Source of the DNA: Syncephalis fuscata S228
Lineage: Eukaryota > Fungi > Zoopagomycota
Length of the DNA: 64,000 nt
Direction: 5' to 3'
Assembly (NCBI GenBank): GCA_025786725.1
Contig: JAHLTZ010000008.1
Span: forward strand, 124,001-188,000
Made by a program: the position numbers and the translations under genes. Every line of letters starts with the position of its first letter. Position 1 is the stretch's first letter. Under the pieces are notes generated by a model. It had not been told where the DNA came from. It did not search any database and worked only from the letters and a program-made list of their open reading frames with translations. Below, piece by piece: positions 26,762-39,776 of the stretch.

Positions 26762-28897
26762 TATTATTCAGATATGTTATTTGTTTTTGGGTTTTATTTA
26801 TACTAAAATAAAAGATATTAACCTGTATTCATATTCATTATACATAGTCTCTTGTTAATAACATTAATAAATCTTACATTCATAATACAACATACATATT
26901 ATGTACATGCCTATTCTATTGCCGTATCATGCCATTTAGTTATTGATTTTTGTAATTACAATTAGTATACGTTTTGTTTCTTACTTTAAGTAATAATGGT
27001 AATATAGTAGATTATATTGCATCAGGTGTTGTAATGGTCATTGGCTGATCACTATTATATTTTATAGCACTCTGATTGCAATACAAGATAAAATAATCGT
27101 AAATCTTGTTTAATAAATAGTAATACGTATTATGTTGATAGCAATTAAAATGACAAATCTGCTATTTTATAGCCTTCGCTATCTACTAACAGTAGCACGT
27201 TTTTTGTGTTAGCTGTACCACTTAGCAATAAAGAATAATTAATCAGATGGTTAAATCTTGAGATAGCATCTGGAGATTTAAATGGTTTTTCGTAAAATAC
27301 TTTAAATCTATGATATCCAAGTTCTAGTACGGCTTAAATGAACAAATATATTGCTGTAAATGTGCTGTTGTTTTTGGATTCACGAATAGCAAAATTTTCA
27401 ATATATAATAAAAAATCGCTATACATACTCATACTTGGAGTGGAATGAAGATTAAGGGTAGACATAGCGTTTCTACATCGGCATGTGCTAGTATATTAGC
27501 AGTTAACTGTAAATTGTCTTCAATAAAACTCAATTATCATCTAGTTTTCTAACAAGAATTACGGATTTGCCAGATTTCTTAAAGCAAATTTCACCTTGCA
27601 TTAAGCAGCGCGGACCATGTCCTAGATAGCAATTCAAAACCATATATGTTCCATTTGAATGTAGTAGTGGTATCTGAGCGATGAAATAATCTACTAGATA
27701 TAATTACTATTTCATCCGTAACTTTCAATAAAAACATTTCCCCTTGATGACTTGCAATAGTATCCATGCATTTTTGATTATAAGCAAGATCAAAAATGTG
27801 TGTTTTTTCTAATATATAATAGTTAGTTGCTTTTAGCTGTTAACTCAAAATGACTAATCATCATCCAGTGACCACGAATGTATGCATTATTGATTAACAG
27901 AAGAACTGACGCGGTCGCACAATTGAGCCTAGATGCACTGGCCAGATAGAAATAATGCACGACTGTTTGCAAATAATGCTTATGCTATTTGCTTGCTCAT
28001 TAACAGCCACTATGAATCTATCTGAAATCTATAGTTGACATCATTGCGAAATAGTCAACACAAATGCCAATATTACATAGTAAACATTTTTCCTATTGGC
28101 AGGTATTGCTCAGCAATAAAGCATTTCCGCATGCCATCATGATGATAAGCAATCCGTTGCAATGCAATAGAACGACTGCTGTTTGGTTCTTTCTCCATTG
28201 AGCTTCTAACTAAATAGAATATGCCTTTAAGCCAATTGACATCAGTAGCAATCGATAGCAAAATGCATGAAACCATTCGGTATTCTGCTCATTCAGCTAA
28301 GTATCGCTGATTACTGTTTTGATAGGTGATGCAAACAACTTCAATGTACTACTGCCTTCACATACCAGGACAGTCATGTATCTTGTTGCCATCAGCGATA
28401 TTATAATAATGCTATATCAGTGATGCAAGCAAGTGTCTTGTTAACTAACGCAATACCGCAGCCATTTACAGCACCATGAAAACAGAACAAGTGAGCTGCG
28501 TCGGCAAATGCGGCAACACGCACAGTAACAAGCATAGTAATATGATCCACCATGATGAGTAAATAAGACAAGAAAAGGGGCAATAGCTGGACTGTCAAGA
28601 ACCATTACTGTCAACAATACTTTGCTAAAAGACAGGCGATCATAGCGCGCATTTATAATAAACATAAGCTAGACGTGTATTTTGAGCATATGTATATGCC
28701 ACACAACCTTCAAAAATCATTAAACTGTTTGGAATGACAATCTACCTACAATACAGTCGTCATAATCATACCATCTATTCTATTTATTATGATGTGTTAT
28801 TTTGAATATAAAATTATATAGATTAGTATATTGTCTATTGATTATACATTATTGGTAAAAGCTACTTGTTTATTATTAATTTTATTTATTATAGATA
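26762..28897 (-). pseudogene. 2.1-kb duplicated block with a degenerate F-box gene (inverted copy at 43303-45442)
   Basis: Near-identical reverse complement. Across frames it reads VRVAAFAD..LVLFSWCCKWLRYCVS and EWFHAFCYR.IATDVNWLKG, like the F-box gene at 23716. Confidence 0.65.
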
Positions 28898-29747
28898 CTT
28901 TATTAAATTATATTTTGAGTTGATGATCAAATAACTAACTTTAATAATATCCGCGCAATTGAACTAGAAATTCGTTTATTAAACTGAAAATTGGGTGGTG
29001 AGTAGCATTGGTCATCAATATGCATTATCATAGATTTAATATTTAGTATGCATGTATTTTCTAAGCATTTAAACCATTTCCATTGTATACTAATACTATT
29101 ATATATTATTTTATACTATACCGAATATATTTTTTTATTTCAGTCATTTAAACTATATGCTCTATAGACCTAACACTGCAATCCATACATTTTGCATGGT
29201 ACATTCATTCTACTGTATATCATTATATCACCTAACAACACTTTATCAATAAAAGCTGCTTAATTATTATCAACTGTATTATATATTTCAATCTCTCTCG
29301 CTTATTATGCTCATACAATCATATACAATATAGTTTGTTCACTTGATATGCATAGTCATTTTACAAGTATCCCACGATGGTTCCACACGACATCGATCAC
29401 GCATACAAATAGGTGTGTGTGTGTGCTGTCTTGTGTGTATGTGTTGAAGGTCTCAAGGTTGGTTTGGTTGAGCCGTCTATATTTTCTTTCTTTCTTCAAC
29501 AACTTTTTAAATCGTCGATTAGCCAGCCACTGCACTTGAATCACAAAGTGTACGCCTTATTGGAGTAGTTGTAGAAGTCGGCTCGTTTGAATTCAAACAC
29601 CAAGAATACTGTTTCTAGATTATTTGTTTGCTACTAGTGTCGTTTTATACATAAATCGCCGGATTATTCCAGTGCAGCTACCGCGTCTAGTCCTATAGCG
29701 TTGAATCCCGCCCATGTACCCAGTGCATTTCTCTTGTTTGTCCCCCG

Positions 29748-32652
29748 ATGACACTGAATACACAGCGAAAAGTAATAGATCTACAGCAATCGATGCTTTC
29801 GTCAACCATTAACTCGATTTCTTCTACTTCCGACAACACTGTTCAATCTGTTTATACCAACTGCTGTGCACACAACTCAGACTGCTCATCGATGCATTCT
29901 ACTGCATCCGCGCTTTATTATTTATCATCAAATACAAAAAAATCAACTTCAGTGCAACAGCAACAACAGCTTATTCACTATCTATTGCTATGGAGCTTTG
30001 TCTTGGGATCCAAATGTCTGGCCAGTCAGCCATGGAACTCGCCTCTTATCGCCACAATATGCTGCCACATGGATTGGGCGCTATTCTGTCTACTATCGGT
30101 ATCGATCATAATACGAACGCTTAAGATATCAAGTCGTTTATTTGTCACTGCCGTACTATTTCATTTTTTGCTTGATGTAATATTATGGTCGATGCTTCAC
30201 TCCAATTTCTCGTCTACTACTACTACGTACAACAGCAATAATAATGCCAGTTCTAGTTTTAACCTATCAGAAACAATCGATCGAAAGAGCAGATGGCGTT
30301 ACAATATGGCTAACGGTGTTATTTACCTTTATTTTTTACTATGGCTACATCGACCATTGATCAACATTATACTGGGTAGAGATTACCACACTGGCCATGG
30401 CCGGTCCGGTAAACTTAATAGATGGTGGTTTACAAGTCTAAGTGGTCTATTGGTAATTACGATACATCATTGGATAAGCCAGTATTACTATGTTCCATCA
30501 AGACTTGTAGTTACTGGCTTTTATTCTATGTTAAATACTGCACTTATTGAAAATCTGGAGCAATTGTTATCTGTCCATGTTATTGGGCATGGCGTATATT
30601 TATTGCTATCAAAGAATATGGATATTTTTATTTATCTACGACATCAACAGTTGATACGTAGAGAAGACAAGAAAGCAAAAAATGGCCTTCATATTGCCTC
30701 TATGTTTTCAGTATCTGATAGGGATACTCGCCGATCAGCTCATGAAGATTTGAAAGCAGTATCGAGTTCGGAATCTTTCTGTATATTAATAAGAAAAGAA
30801 ACTAACCATAATAACAAATACAATCAACGCCATCCATTACCACTATTAAAAAAACAAATTAACAGCAATTCTTTACTGTCATTTAATGAGGAACAACCAT
30901 GGGCGATACCAGCCTATTCAACATCTAGTCATAGTCGTGACGACAAAGGACATGATAGTCAGAGTTTACCTTCCATAGCAGCAGCAGGAAGTATAAATCG
31001 ACAGCAGCAACAACAGCTTGTTGGCCATGCTTATACATCGTCTAATGCACGTTTACCAACCTCGCCACTTTTACCGCATCATCCAATGTATGCTCGAGTT
31101 GAAGTATTGGACAGTTTTGATTTATGTGTCGTTGGATTATCTGCATACACGGCTACATTTACTTGGCTATTTCCATCGTCGATGATTAGTGCGTTGGATG
31201 CTAAGCCATGGCAACAAGAAAACGCGCCAATGAAATAGATCAACAGCAGCAAATAGATGTATCGCTCGATAATAAAAACGAGCTTATTAACTCGGCCAAT
31301 CGAACTATGATCATTACAGCACGCGATTTAACCATACGCGTTGACGATGTAGTATGGACGGAGACAGATCTAGATCCTGGATGTCATGCGCTGACGGTTT
31401 ATGGGCTAAGACCCATAACGGAGTATCGAGTGACTATGTCGTTGGCCGGCTACCGTAGTGCACCCATACGAATCTGTACAGATCCCGATCTCAAGGTAAG
31501 ATATAAAATAATATTAATAGTATGGTGTAAAGATAATAATACTCAATGATCATCTAGTAGTTAAGCCATTAGAGGAGGAAATGGCCAGACTGGACAGTAA
31601 ACCGCTACATTCTAATGGTACAAGTTTACCAAGTAATAGCGCAAAGGAAATGCCTAAAAACACTGCCGAGACAGTGCCTCAAGAATCAAGTTCTGTAGTA
31701 GCAGCAGATAAAGATAGTACATTACATCAATCTTTATTACCGACTACGGACAAGGAGATGGAAAAGAAACCACAAGAGGAAGAAAGTAATGAAGTATTAG
31801 ATAATTCACTTGAAACACTAGCCACCACGTTAAAACAGCAATTGGAGCATGTCAATAAAGAGAAGCAACAGCTACAGACACGACAGCGCAAGCTGAAACG
31901 CGATTTGCAAAAGGCCGAAAATCAGTCACGAGGAGAGATAGAAGCGCTAAAACGAGCGATTGCACGTTCTGAAAGTCAAGATGCTAAAAACCGACAGCGT
32001 GTGCAATTTCTACAAGATCTGGTGAAGCGAACGTTAGGCTGTATGGATGAATTAGACGAGCAAGTGGCCCAAGCACATGCCAATCATGCCCAAGTCAGCG
32101 CAGAAGCCACCGAACTAGAGGTAGCTCTACTACGAGTACGAGAGGAGTGTCGAGAAGCAGAACAGCGTCATCAACGCCAAACGGCAATGCTTCAGCGCCA
32201 GAATCGTGAACAACAGACACGTTTAAGTGGAATAGAGTCTACTCGCGATGAAGCACTGGCCAAGATAGCTCGATTGCGCGAGCAGCAACTTCCAATGCAT
32301 ACTAGAGACTTGGCGGATTTAAAGACGCGATTAAACGAATCACAATTCGTGTGGAGGAATTACGCCAGCAACATGAAGTGCGCAGTCGACAAATGCTGCA
32401 CGCGATAAAGAAGAGGGTGCTGGTATAGCTCAAATTAAGCGGGATATTTCGATAGCACAAGAGCGTAACCAATCCTTACTGCAGCTTACACAAGAAGAGG
32501 CGTCATTTAGTGATCGACTTCGTTGTGAATTATTTAATCTGCACGCTCCAGCGGACTCAACCATGGACAATACTAACCGTCAATCTTATCATAATTTAGA
32601 CAGTAGTAATGAAGGCGAGCGTGATAGCAATGTAGATGCAAATGCACGATAA
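29748..32652 (+). CDS. Multi-pass membrane protein with FN3-like segment and coiled coil
   Basis: N-terminal TM segments, LTVYGLRPITEYRVTM (FN3-like), intron from about 31496 and a long heptad-rich C-terminus. Confidence 0.65.
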
Positions 32653-32761
32653 TTATAAATATCAATATATAACAAAATTATATTATGTGCAGTTATTTAC
32701 TCTAATGAACAATATGTCTATAATATACTGATCTTTATTCGTTTTTATAATATTATTCTAT

Positions 32762-33326
32762 TGTTACGCTTCTTGTTTTAAAAATCGCAACTTGGATGAC
32801 CAAGCAACACATTATCCTGTCGCTATCCTATAACGTTAATTTCTAATGCTTATTAACGCTTACCTTAACGCTCAGAATACAATGTGTTGTTTGGTTGTAT
32901 TGCTTTTATAATAAGATTATTCCTTATTGTCGTTGATTACCACAGTTTAACTATAATAAACTGAATAACTTGTATGACACTAAGTAAAATAATATTGGAC
33001 TAGAAACTTGATTATTCTTTATTGATATTGAATAAAGCTATCATTATATAGTAAACACAACTAATAATAGAACTTGAATGCCTTGTGGTATTTCATCATC
33101 AGCGCAGCATATTAGTTTAGGGGCTGCTCATATGTTCACAACTAACAAGTAGCTACTCGTCATATTGTCGTAATAGACATTTGTTACTAGTGATCGGTAC
33201 TAATATCCGATAGGTATATTATTCTTGCAATCAATCACATGCGACTTTAACTGGTGATCCAATCACACGATATATCACTTAGTCACACTTTTACAAGACC
33301 CTGTCCGGAATATCAGAACAGTGATA
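32762..33326 (+). mobile_element. Solo LTR, copy 2
   Basis: TGTTAC...GTGATA ends. Direct repeat of 16627-17160. Flanks CTAT/ATAT. Confidence 0.7.
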
Positions 33327-33626
33327 ATATAAATTTTGATAATAAGCTAAAATGAATTAAATTATAAAATTAATCTTTATTGAAAAACAAATACAAACTA
33401 CTAATGAAACAGCTATCAAGAAAAGAAAACGTGTTATTAAAGAATGTTTAATTTGTAGTAAACGCCATTACAAGAAAACGAAGTGTGGGGTAAATAAAAA
33501 ACAATATATTTAATAAATAAAATTTGAAAAGAGGGATTTAGTATAATGAAATTTAAAAACGGTGTATTTATTTTATAAAAAACAGGAAAATAAATAAATT
33601 TAAAAGTGTATTTTCCAAATTTTTCC
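33327..33626 (+). mobile_element. Right arm of the Mutator-like element (zinc-knuckle remnant plus TIR)
   Basis: 33361-33513 translates to ..KKRKRVIKECLICSKRHYKKTKCGVNKKQYI*, with the stop inside the inverted repeat. Confidence 0.6.
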
Positions 33627-33883
33627 TATAATAAAGCCATTTTGGTCACAAACTGCCTTAATAAGTGCTAACTTAGCAGGCAAATAATAATCACATCTCT
33701 TTAGCCATTAATCATCTATCAATCTGCATTTAATAACCAAGTGCTTACGCCAGTATTTAAGTCGCGCTTTTCGCTAACTGTTTGCCAATATTCAGTAGCT
33801 TTTTTCTTGTTATTTTGTTTTAGTTTAACGCTCACACTTTTAACGTCCATACCTCCAACATCCATTCTAACCTTAAGCTTATT

Positions 33884-34468
33884 ATGCATTTCAGTCTATT
33901 ACCCACAATCATTATTCTCGGTCGTCTATTTGCAACAATTATTATTAATGTTAACTCAGTAGCTTCGTTGCCGACACAGAGCGGTCGAAGGGGAAGTTTC
34001 GACAAGCTGCGAAAGGCTGCCATCATAAATGGCTCATCCCCCTTGGCATCAAACCCAGCAATTGATGATCTAAAACGTATCATGCCATCCGACAAATATT
34101 TCAAAAAAGACGGATTTTACGTATATCCTGAAGAGTGGTTTGGCTACAGTAATAAATGGGCTATTGCCCATGGATACTACGCTGCTTCGGCTAGTGTTTA
34201 TGGCCAACCTGGCTATGCCGAAGAAGTTGCTGTCTATATTACCTGTACGAATAGTCTGAAACTATACAATCTACTGGCAACAGGTCGTAAGGTGTGCAAA
34301 ATTACTGCTTTGTTTGTATTTGTTTACTAACTGTTGACATTTTAGCTTATGCAGATGCACTGGCAAAAATACCCCATTGAGATACCAGGCACTGGTAGAC
34401 ATGGAATTGCAACACTTCAATCGTTTCAGCCTGAACCTCAATATGCGTGTAATGTTTTTCTATATTAA
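33884..34468 (+). CDS. Small secreted 2-Cys protein, paralogue A, copy 2
   Basis: Intact exon-1 frame from the ATG, with the same intron and exon 2 as copy 1. Confidence 0.8.
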
Positions 34469-35703
34469 AACATGATAATGAGTAATATTAATAAAAGTTT
34501 TATGATAATAACACTTTAAGCTTATCTTTATCTATAATTTATCAGCCATAACCTGTGGCAAACACTGAACCAGCAATGATTCAATATTCATCACAGACTA
34601 ATATGGCAAATTAAAATCTAGCATTAATACCAAATATTAATTTTATGGTTTGCTCTGCGGTAGCTTGCATTACATCTTCAACAATTTTTGGTGTGTGCAT
34701 CTGCAATAAATAGCAAGTTAAATTGAGTTAAAATGTGTTATATTCAAATTAAATACTGCAAGATTTCTATGACATTTAACAACTAAATGTTCCATGACAT
34801 TGATAGTGGCAAAAATTGGCAAGTTGTTACACCATATGTTGGTTTATGATCGATATAATGTAAAATATAGACACTACACTGCTCATGAAAATCATAACAT
34901 ATGGCGAAAGTATTTCATTTTATGATAACAAAAACAGCAAGCACAGTGTAAGAAGAAAAGTACTCGTTGTGTTCTAACCTACAGTCAAGTATTCAATACA
35001 TGTAGAAAAATACAACATATATAAGAATGAAAATGTAAATAAATTCAGTGGCAAAATAATGTATTGCAATGATAATTAAATTTAAAACTACTAACTTAAT
35101 TGTCAGCAGATGTAATGCATCATTTATGAAGCTGTACTGTTTTATAAATACTGGTAATCACCACGATCGATATATTGTAACAAGGGGGTCGTAACTACTC
35201 CGCTTGTTACATATTGCAATATGAACTATTCAGTTCATTATAGTTGAATCATGATAATTAATGGCCAATAGGAAACAAAATTAGTATCAAAGCATTGTCA
35301 ACCAACATATTGTGTTTTAACCGCTAGATAAGTACAAGTAAATATCAGAAATTAGCATTATAAGATAACGCTAAGATAAGGTGCTGCTTGGCTAGCTGAG
35401 TTACAATTTGTTAAATAAAGCTGTAAAAATATAAATATTAGTGTGATTGTTTTGTAAAACATTATGCCAATCGGCATTATTGTAATACAGGTATGTAATA
35501 GAATTTCCTTGTTGCCATAAAAAGTAGATTGATACACGTGAAACAGCTAAAGAAAAATTATATCGTTCTGCTTATGATATCGGAGTTTTATAATCTTGAT
35601 GCCTTTGAATTGCTTTTTAAAATAAATAGATAGATTTTTCGGACTATTTTAGTTTTCAATATTAACCATCCATTACACTAGTAGATTTTACAAACAAACA
35701 GAC

Positions 35704-36328
35704 ATGCATTTTACTAGAACAGCTTTTGTATCAGCTTGCTATGTACTGGCAATCTACGCCAGCCTTATAGCTACTAGTTTGGCTTCTCCAGCTTCTCCAC
35801 TTGAGAAATATATAATGAAAAAACAATTAGCCGAAAAACAATTAGCCGAAACACAATTCGCACCAATAGACAGCCCAGAATCATCGACAACCAAAGTATC
35901 ACTTTTCGATGCCATCAGTGCAGCTTTACCACTTGGATTTAAGTTCTATTGGGACAAGTACAAACTGAGCTTTCCAAAAGAATGGAAAAAAGACGCTAGT
36001 GGTGGCTGGGCATACACCTATGCAGTACTATCCTCCAAAGGTTCAAGGTTATATTACACCAGACAGAAAAGCGCCTATGTGATCTGCACCGATAACACTG
36101 AGCTATTTTCAGACTTTAGCAAACAGCTCAATGTAAGTAAGCGCTGTGTAAATAGTATTATGTGCTGACTTTTACTAGGATGCATCAGAAAAGAAAGCAT
36201 TGCGGACGTTGACTATTCCAGGATTAGCCGGTTTCATAACAGAGCAGCAGCCTTCCTTTAAGCCGACTAAACAAATCAGCTGTTTGCCGGTGTATTATCA
36301 ACATGCTTTGTCTAAGAATAAGCTGTAA
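35704..36328 (+). CDS. Small secreted 2-Cys protein, paralogue B, copy 2
   Basis: As copy 1, with G14V, G84D and G120R substitutions visible in the ORF track. Confidence 0.82.
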
Positions 36329-36576
36329 CGCCGACAGGTTAATGGCAGCATACACATGCTTTGTTTCACTATTATCTTTGCCATAATAGTGTGTCGCTTG
36401 AAATAGAAATATACATGCAAAGCTGTAACTCTGATTCATGTACATTTTTGGCTACTCCAAAAGAGATACTTTGAAGCAACGTTACACGATCACAATAAAT
36501 TTCTTATTTAAATCAAGCCAAATTTGCATTAGATACCAATAAAAAACTCAGTAGACGATTCCTATCCACAACTGAA

Positions 36577-37307
36577 ATGCGCTATACATTTACGATTCTT
36601 GCTATTGTCAGTTGCCTCGTTGCTTTTTCTAACGACGGATTATTGTCACCTGTCAGTGTGAGCCAATTCCCGAAAGCAGAAGAAACCAATTAACTACGGC
36701 AAATTACAGGCTAATACTTTAAAATTCCTACAATCTAAAAATGAGCATCCTATTGAGCCGGAAAAGTTTTTGAGCGCAATAGAAAGTGCTATACCATATA
36801 AGCTGCTTTATGAAGGCCAAGGATTTAAGTTGAAATTCACCACGCCTTGGACAATTAATCAATCAAAAAACTTTGTGCGAGCATCTGCTTATTACAAAAA
36901 CGCAAGTCCATCGCTGTTTCGTGTAGAAAAGAAAATAGAAGTTTATGTTCAATGTCCTAGGCTTTTCCAGGATTATCAGGTAATAGTAAATAAACTAAAG
37001 GTAAGACGGTAGTTTTGATCGTTATAGTCTGATTAAACTGACTGTATTTTTGCAGAAACTAAAGGAACCAGAAGATCCAAAGAAATTGAAAAATCCAAGG
37101 CAAAAAATAGCTCCACTAAAAATCCCAGGTACAGATGAAATTATGGTAGATAAATTGGCAACTTTTATGCCTATTAAGCAAGCCACTTGTATGGTGTTCA
37201 CATTTAAAAAATCAAATTCTCCAGAAAGCAATTTGCCATCAAACACTGATCCATCCTCAAGTGATAAGAGTAAAAGCAAAAAACTCTGGCCATTGAAAAG
37301 ACTATAG
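36577..37307 (+). CDS. Small secreted 2-Cys protein, paralogue C, copy 2
   Basis: Same structure as copy 1 with no nonsense codon. Two 1-bp deletions in exon 1 are probably consensus errors. Confidence 0.7.
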
Positions 37308-37590
37308 TCCTCTTAAAACTAACAATTTTTTAGAAATAAACAAATATATTTAAATGCATTATACAGCTGCTGTAATTACCATTACCATATTCGGTAATTA
37401 TAATTTATTTATATTAACATTATAATTCATCGTGCTTAAAGTCATTTGTATTACCATTTACTAAACAATTATAACCACAACATATATATTAATTAATTTA
37501 TTAATTTTGTATTAGTCCTTACAAGAAAGCCAGCAACTTATTGCAATAATAATTCGATTAAAGCATAATTGTTTTTTGCTAAAAAAGCGT

Positions 37591-39776
37591 TTATAACACA
37601 CTAGAAGTTTGGACAATCTCCTTCATTGCCCCACCATTCCAATTTAACTTCCTTGTACTGGAAGGCAAAGAAGATAATAAAACCAGCGAGCACAATACCA
37701 GAATCATACCAGCCGATAGAACATAGTTGAATCGACTCCACCAGACGTTACGGTAGCGATAGACGACAAACTGGAAGACGAAGGCTAAAAGGAACCAGCT
37801 GGTGTACATACCAGGTTGAGCAAGTGGCATGATGGCAGTACCGCTGGTGAACACCGGGATGTGAATGTATTTGAACCATGAGTTGGGGTAGCGACGGGAC
37901 AGAAGCCAGAATGGCACTGGAAGCAAAAAGCCAATAAGGAAGCACCAGTTAAGAGCAGAGTAAAAGCCAGATGAACCAAGCATACGATTTGGCCGATGGT
38001 GCCCCAAATGACCGAGCAAGAGTATATGATACGGGCATTAGAACAGTTCCAGACTGGCTCATCTGGCTGACAATATTAGGAATTAGATGGAACATGAGAT
38101 AAGCAGTGCCAAGATTGACAAGACCGGCGATGATTGTGCCGACACTTTGAGCAATGAACATGTGGCGTGGCGGAATCTTCATGTAATGGCCGAGCTTCAA
38201 ATTGCTAAGAAATGCAATACCTTGGTACATGGCAATGTGGCCGTATGCCTTGAAGGTAACATTGGCAATGGCACGACCAGGTAGAATAAAACCGATAATC
38301 AGCTCCGTAATAATGTCAATACCAGGTGTTTGATTGGTGACGGCTGTAATAATACCAGCAGGAATGATGAAAATGGCGGCGAGGGCAACAGCAAGAATGA
38401 CACCCCACCATGGCAGATCGATACCAAATACTTCGCACACGACAATGGCTAATACAATATTGGCAACAAACATAAGGCCATACCACCAGTCTGGCACTTC
38501 GTCGTAGCGGTCCATCAACTTGGCGTGAATATCGTCACTTTCGGAACGAGAGTCGCGGAAACGGCCATGATTTCCTTGCCATGATACAGAATTGTGTGTG
38601 AAATAACGGCGGCTAGACTAGCAAAACCAACACCATATGCTACAACAAACAAAAGGACATTTGTGGTGGCCGACCTCGGCTATTTTGCTTCGTCAAGCTG
38701 CAAGTTTTTGTCACAAGCGAGTGATTGGATAATCTTCAATGTAGAAGTAAACAGAGCGGAACTGAAAACGGGCATGCTTTGAGCGTTCCAAACATTGTTG
38801 AAAAATCCATAGGAAATTAAACCAGGTGAATAAATGAAGCCAGCAAATATGTTGGCAGCAACCCAGAATGGTACAGCCAATGGAGACAAAAGAAAGATGA
38901 AATGTAGTTCCAGTCAAATGATATCGCGAGTAGACCAAGACCACGAGTGCCCGAACCAAGCTGGTTGGCCAGTTTGTTATGTGGAGCAAAGTAGCACAAA
39001 AGGGAGATTGTGCTAAGGGAGGTGGCCAAGTAACCGGGAAGAAAATAGTATAGAAAACTACCCAAAGCAGCAAACCCGAAGAAACGAAGACGCGTCATTT
39101 GGCCAGGCCAACGTCATCGACATCGTGCAAGTACGGAAAAGTGTGACGTTAACAAGCTGGCAGGCCAGATCATAGCACTTGGACGAATGAGGAAACGACG
39201 GGCCATACCAGCCAAACCGTAACCGAGACATTGTGTTGTGACGACAAGCAAGAACGATGGAAGAAGCCAAGATCTTGTCCATAGTAGATGCGCTTAATCG
39301 TGACGATATCAACCGCATAGCGTAGCGGCAGCGGCATTGGCACATCCAGTAATCAATACGTGCTCCTTAACGTTGAAGGGGCCCGGATTAAGGTTGAATG
39401 AGAAGCAACCTAACCAACAATGCGATTGGGCAAAGTGCGAGCCATAAAGACACCGAGTGGATAAGAGAGCAGCTGAGCCACCAGGACCGACGCCGTAAGT
39501 GGAGTTTCACGGAACCAGAAGAACTGGTTAATGAACGACAATACGACGGTAAAAAAATACCTAGGACCCAAAAGCGGAACGTCATACTAGGCAAAGTCGG
39601 GTCATCTTTGTTACTGACAGTGGCCCGAACAATATCGAATGGTGAGTCTTTTTCCTCGAGGTCATTTGATGACACAGTAGAGCTTTTCTCCAAATCGTCC
39701 TGCTGAAACTTTTCTGCCGGATGCAACTCACGCATCACCGACACGCGGTTATACTCGTTACTATTGAGCGGCTCAT
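37591..39776 (-). CDS. OPT-family oligopeptide transporter, copy 2
   Basis: Same OPT motifs as copy 1, plus [15 protein letters not shown] and [11 protein letters not shown]. Confidence 0.93.

Noticed and set aside
16627-33326. Intact LTR retrotransposon between the two direct LTRs
   Set aside because: No gag, RT or integrase and no evident PBS. The interior contains intron-bearing host genes.
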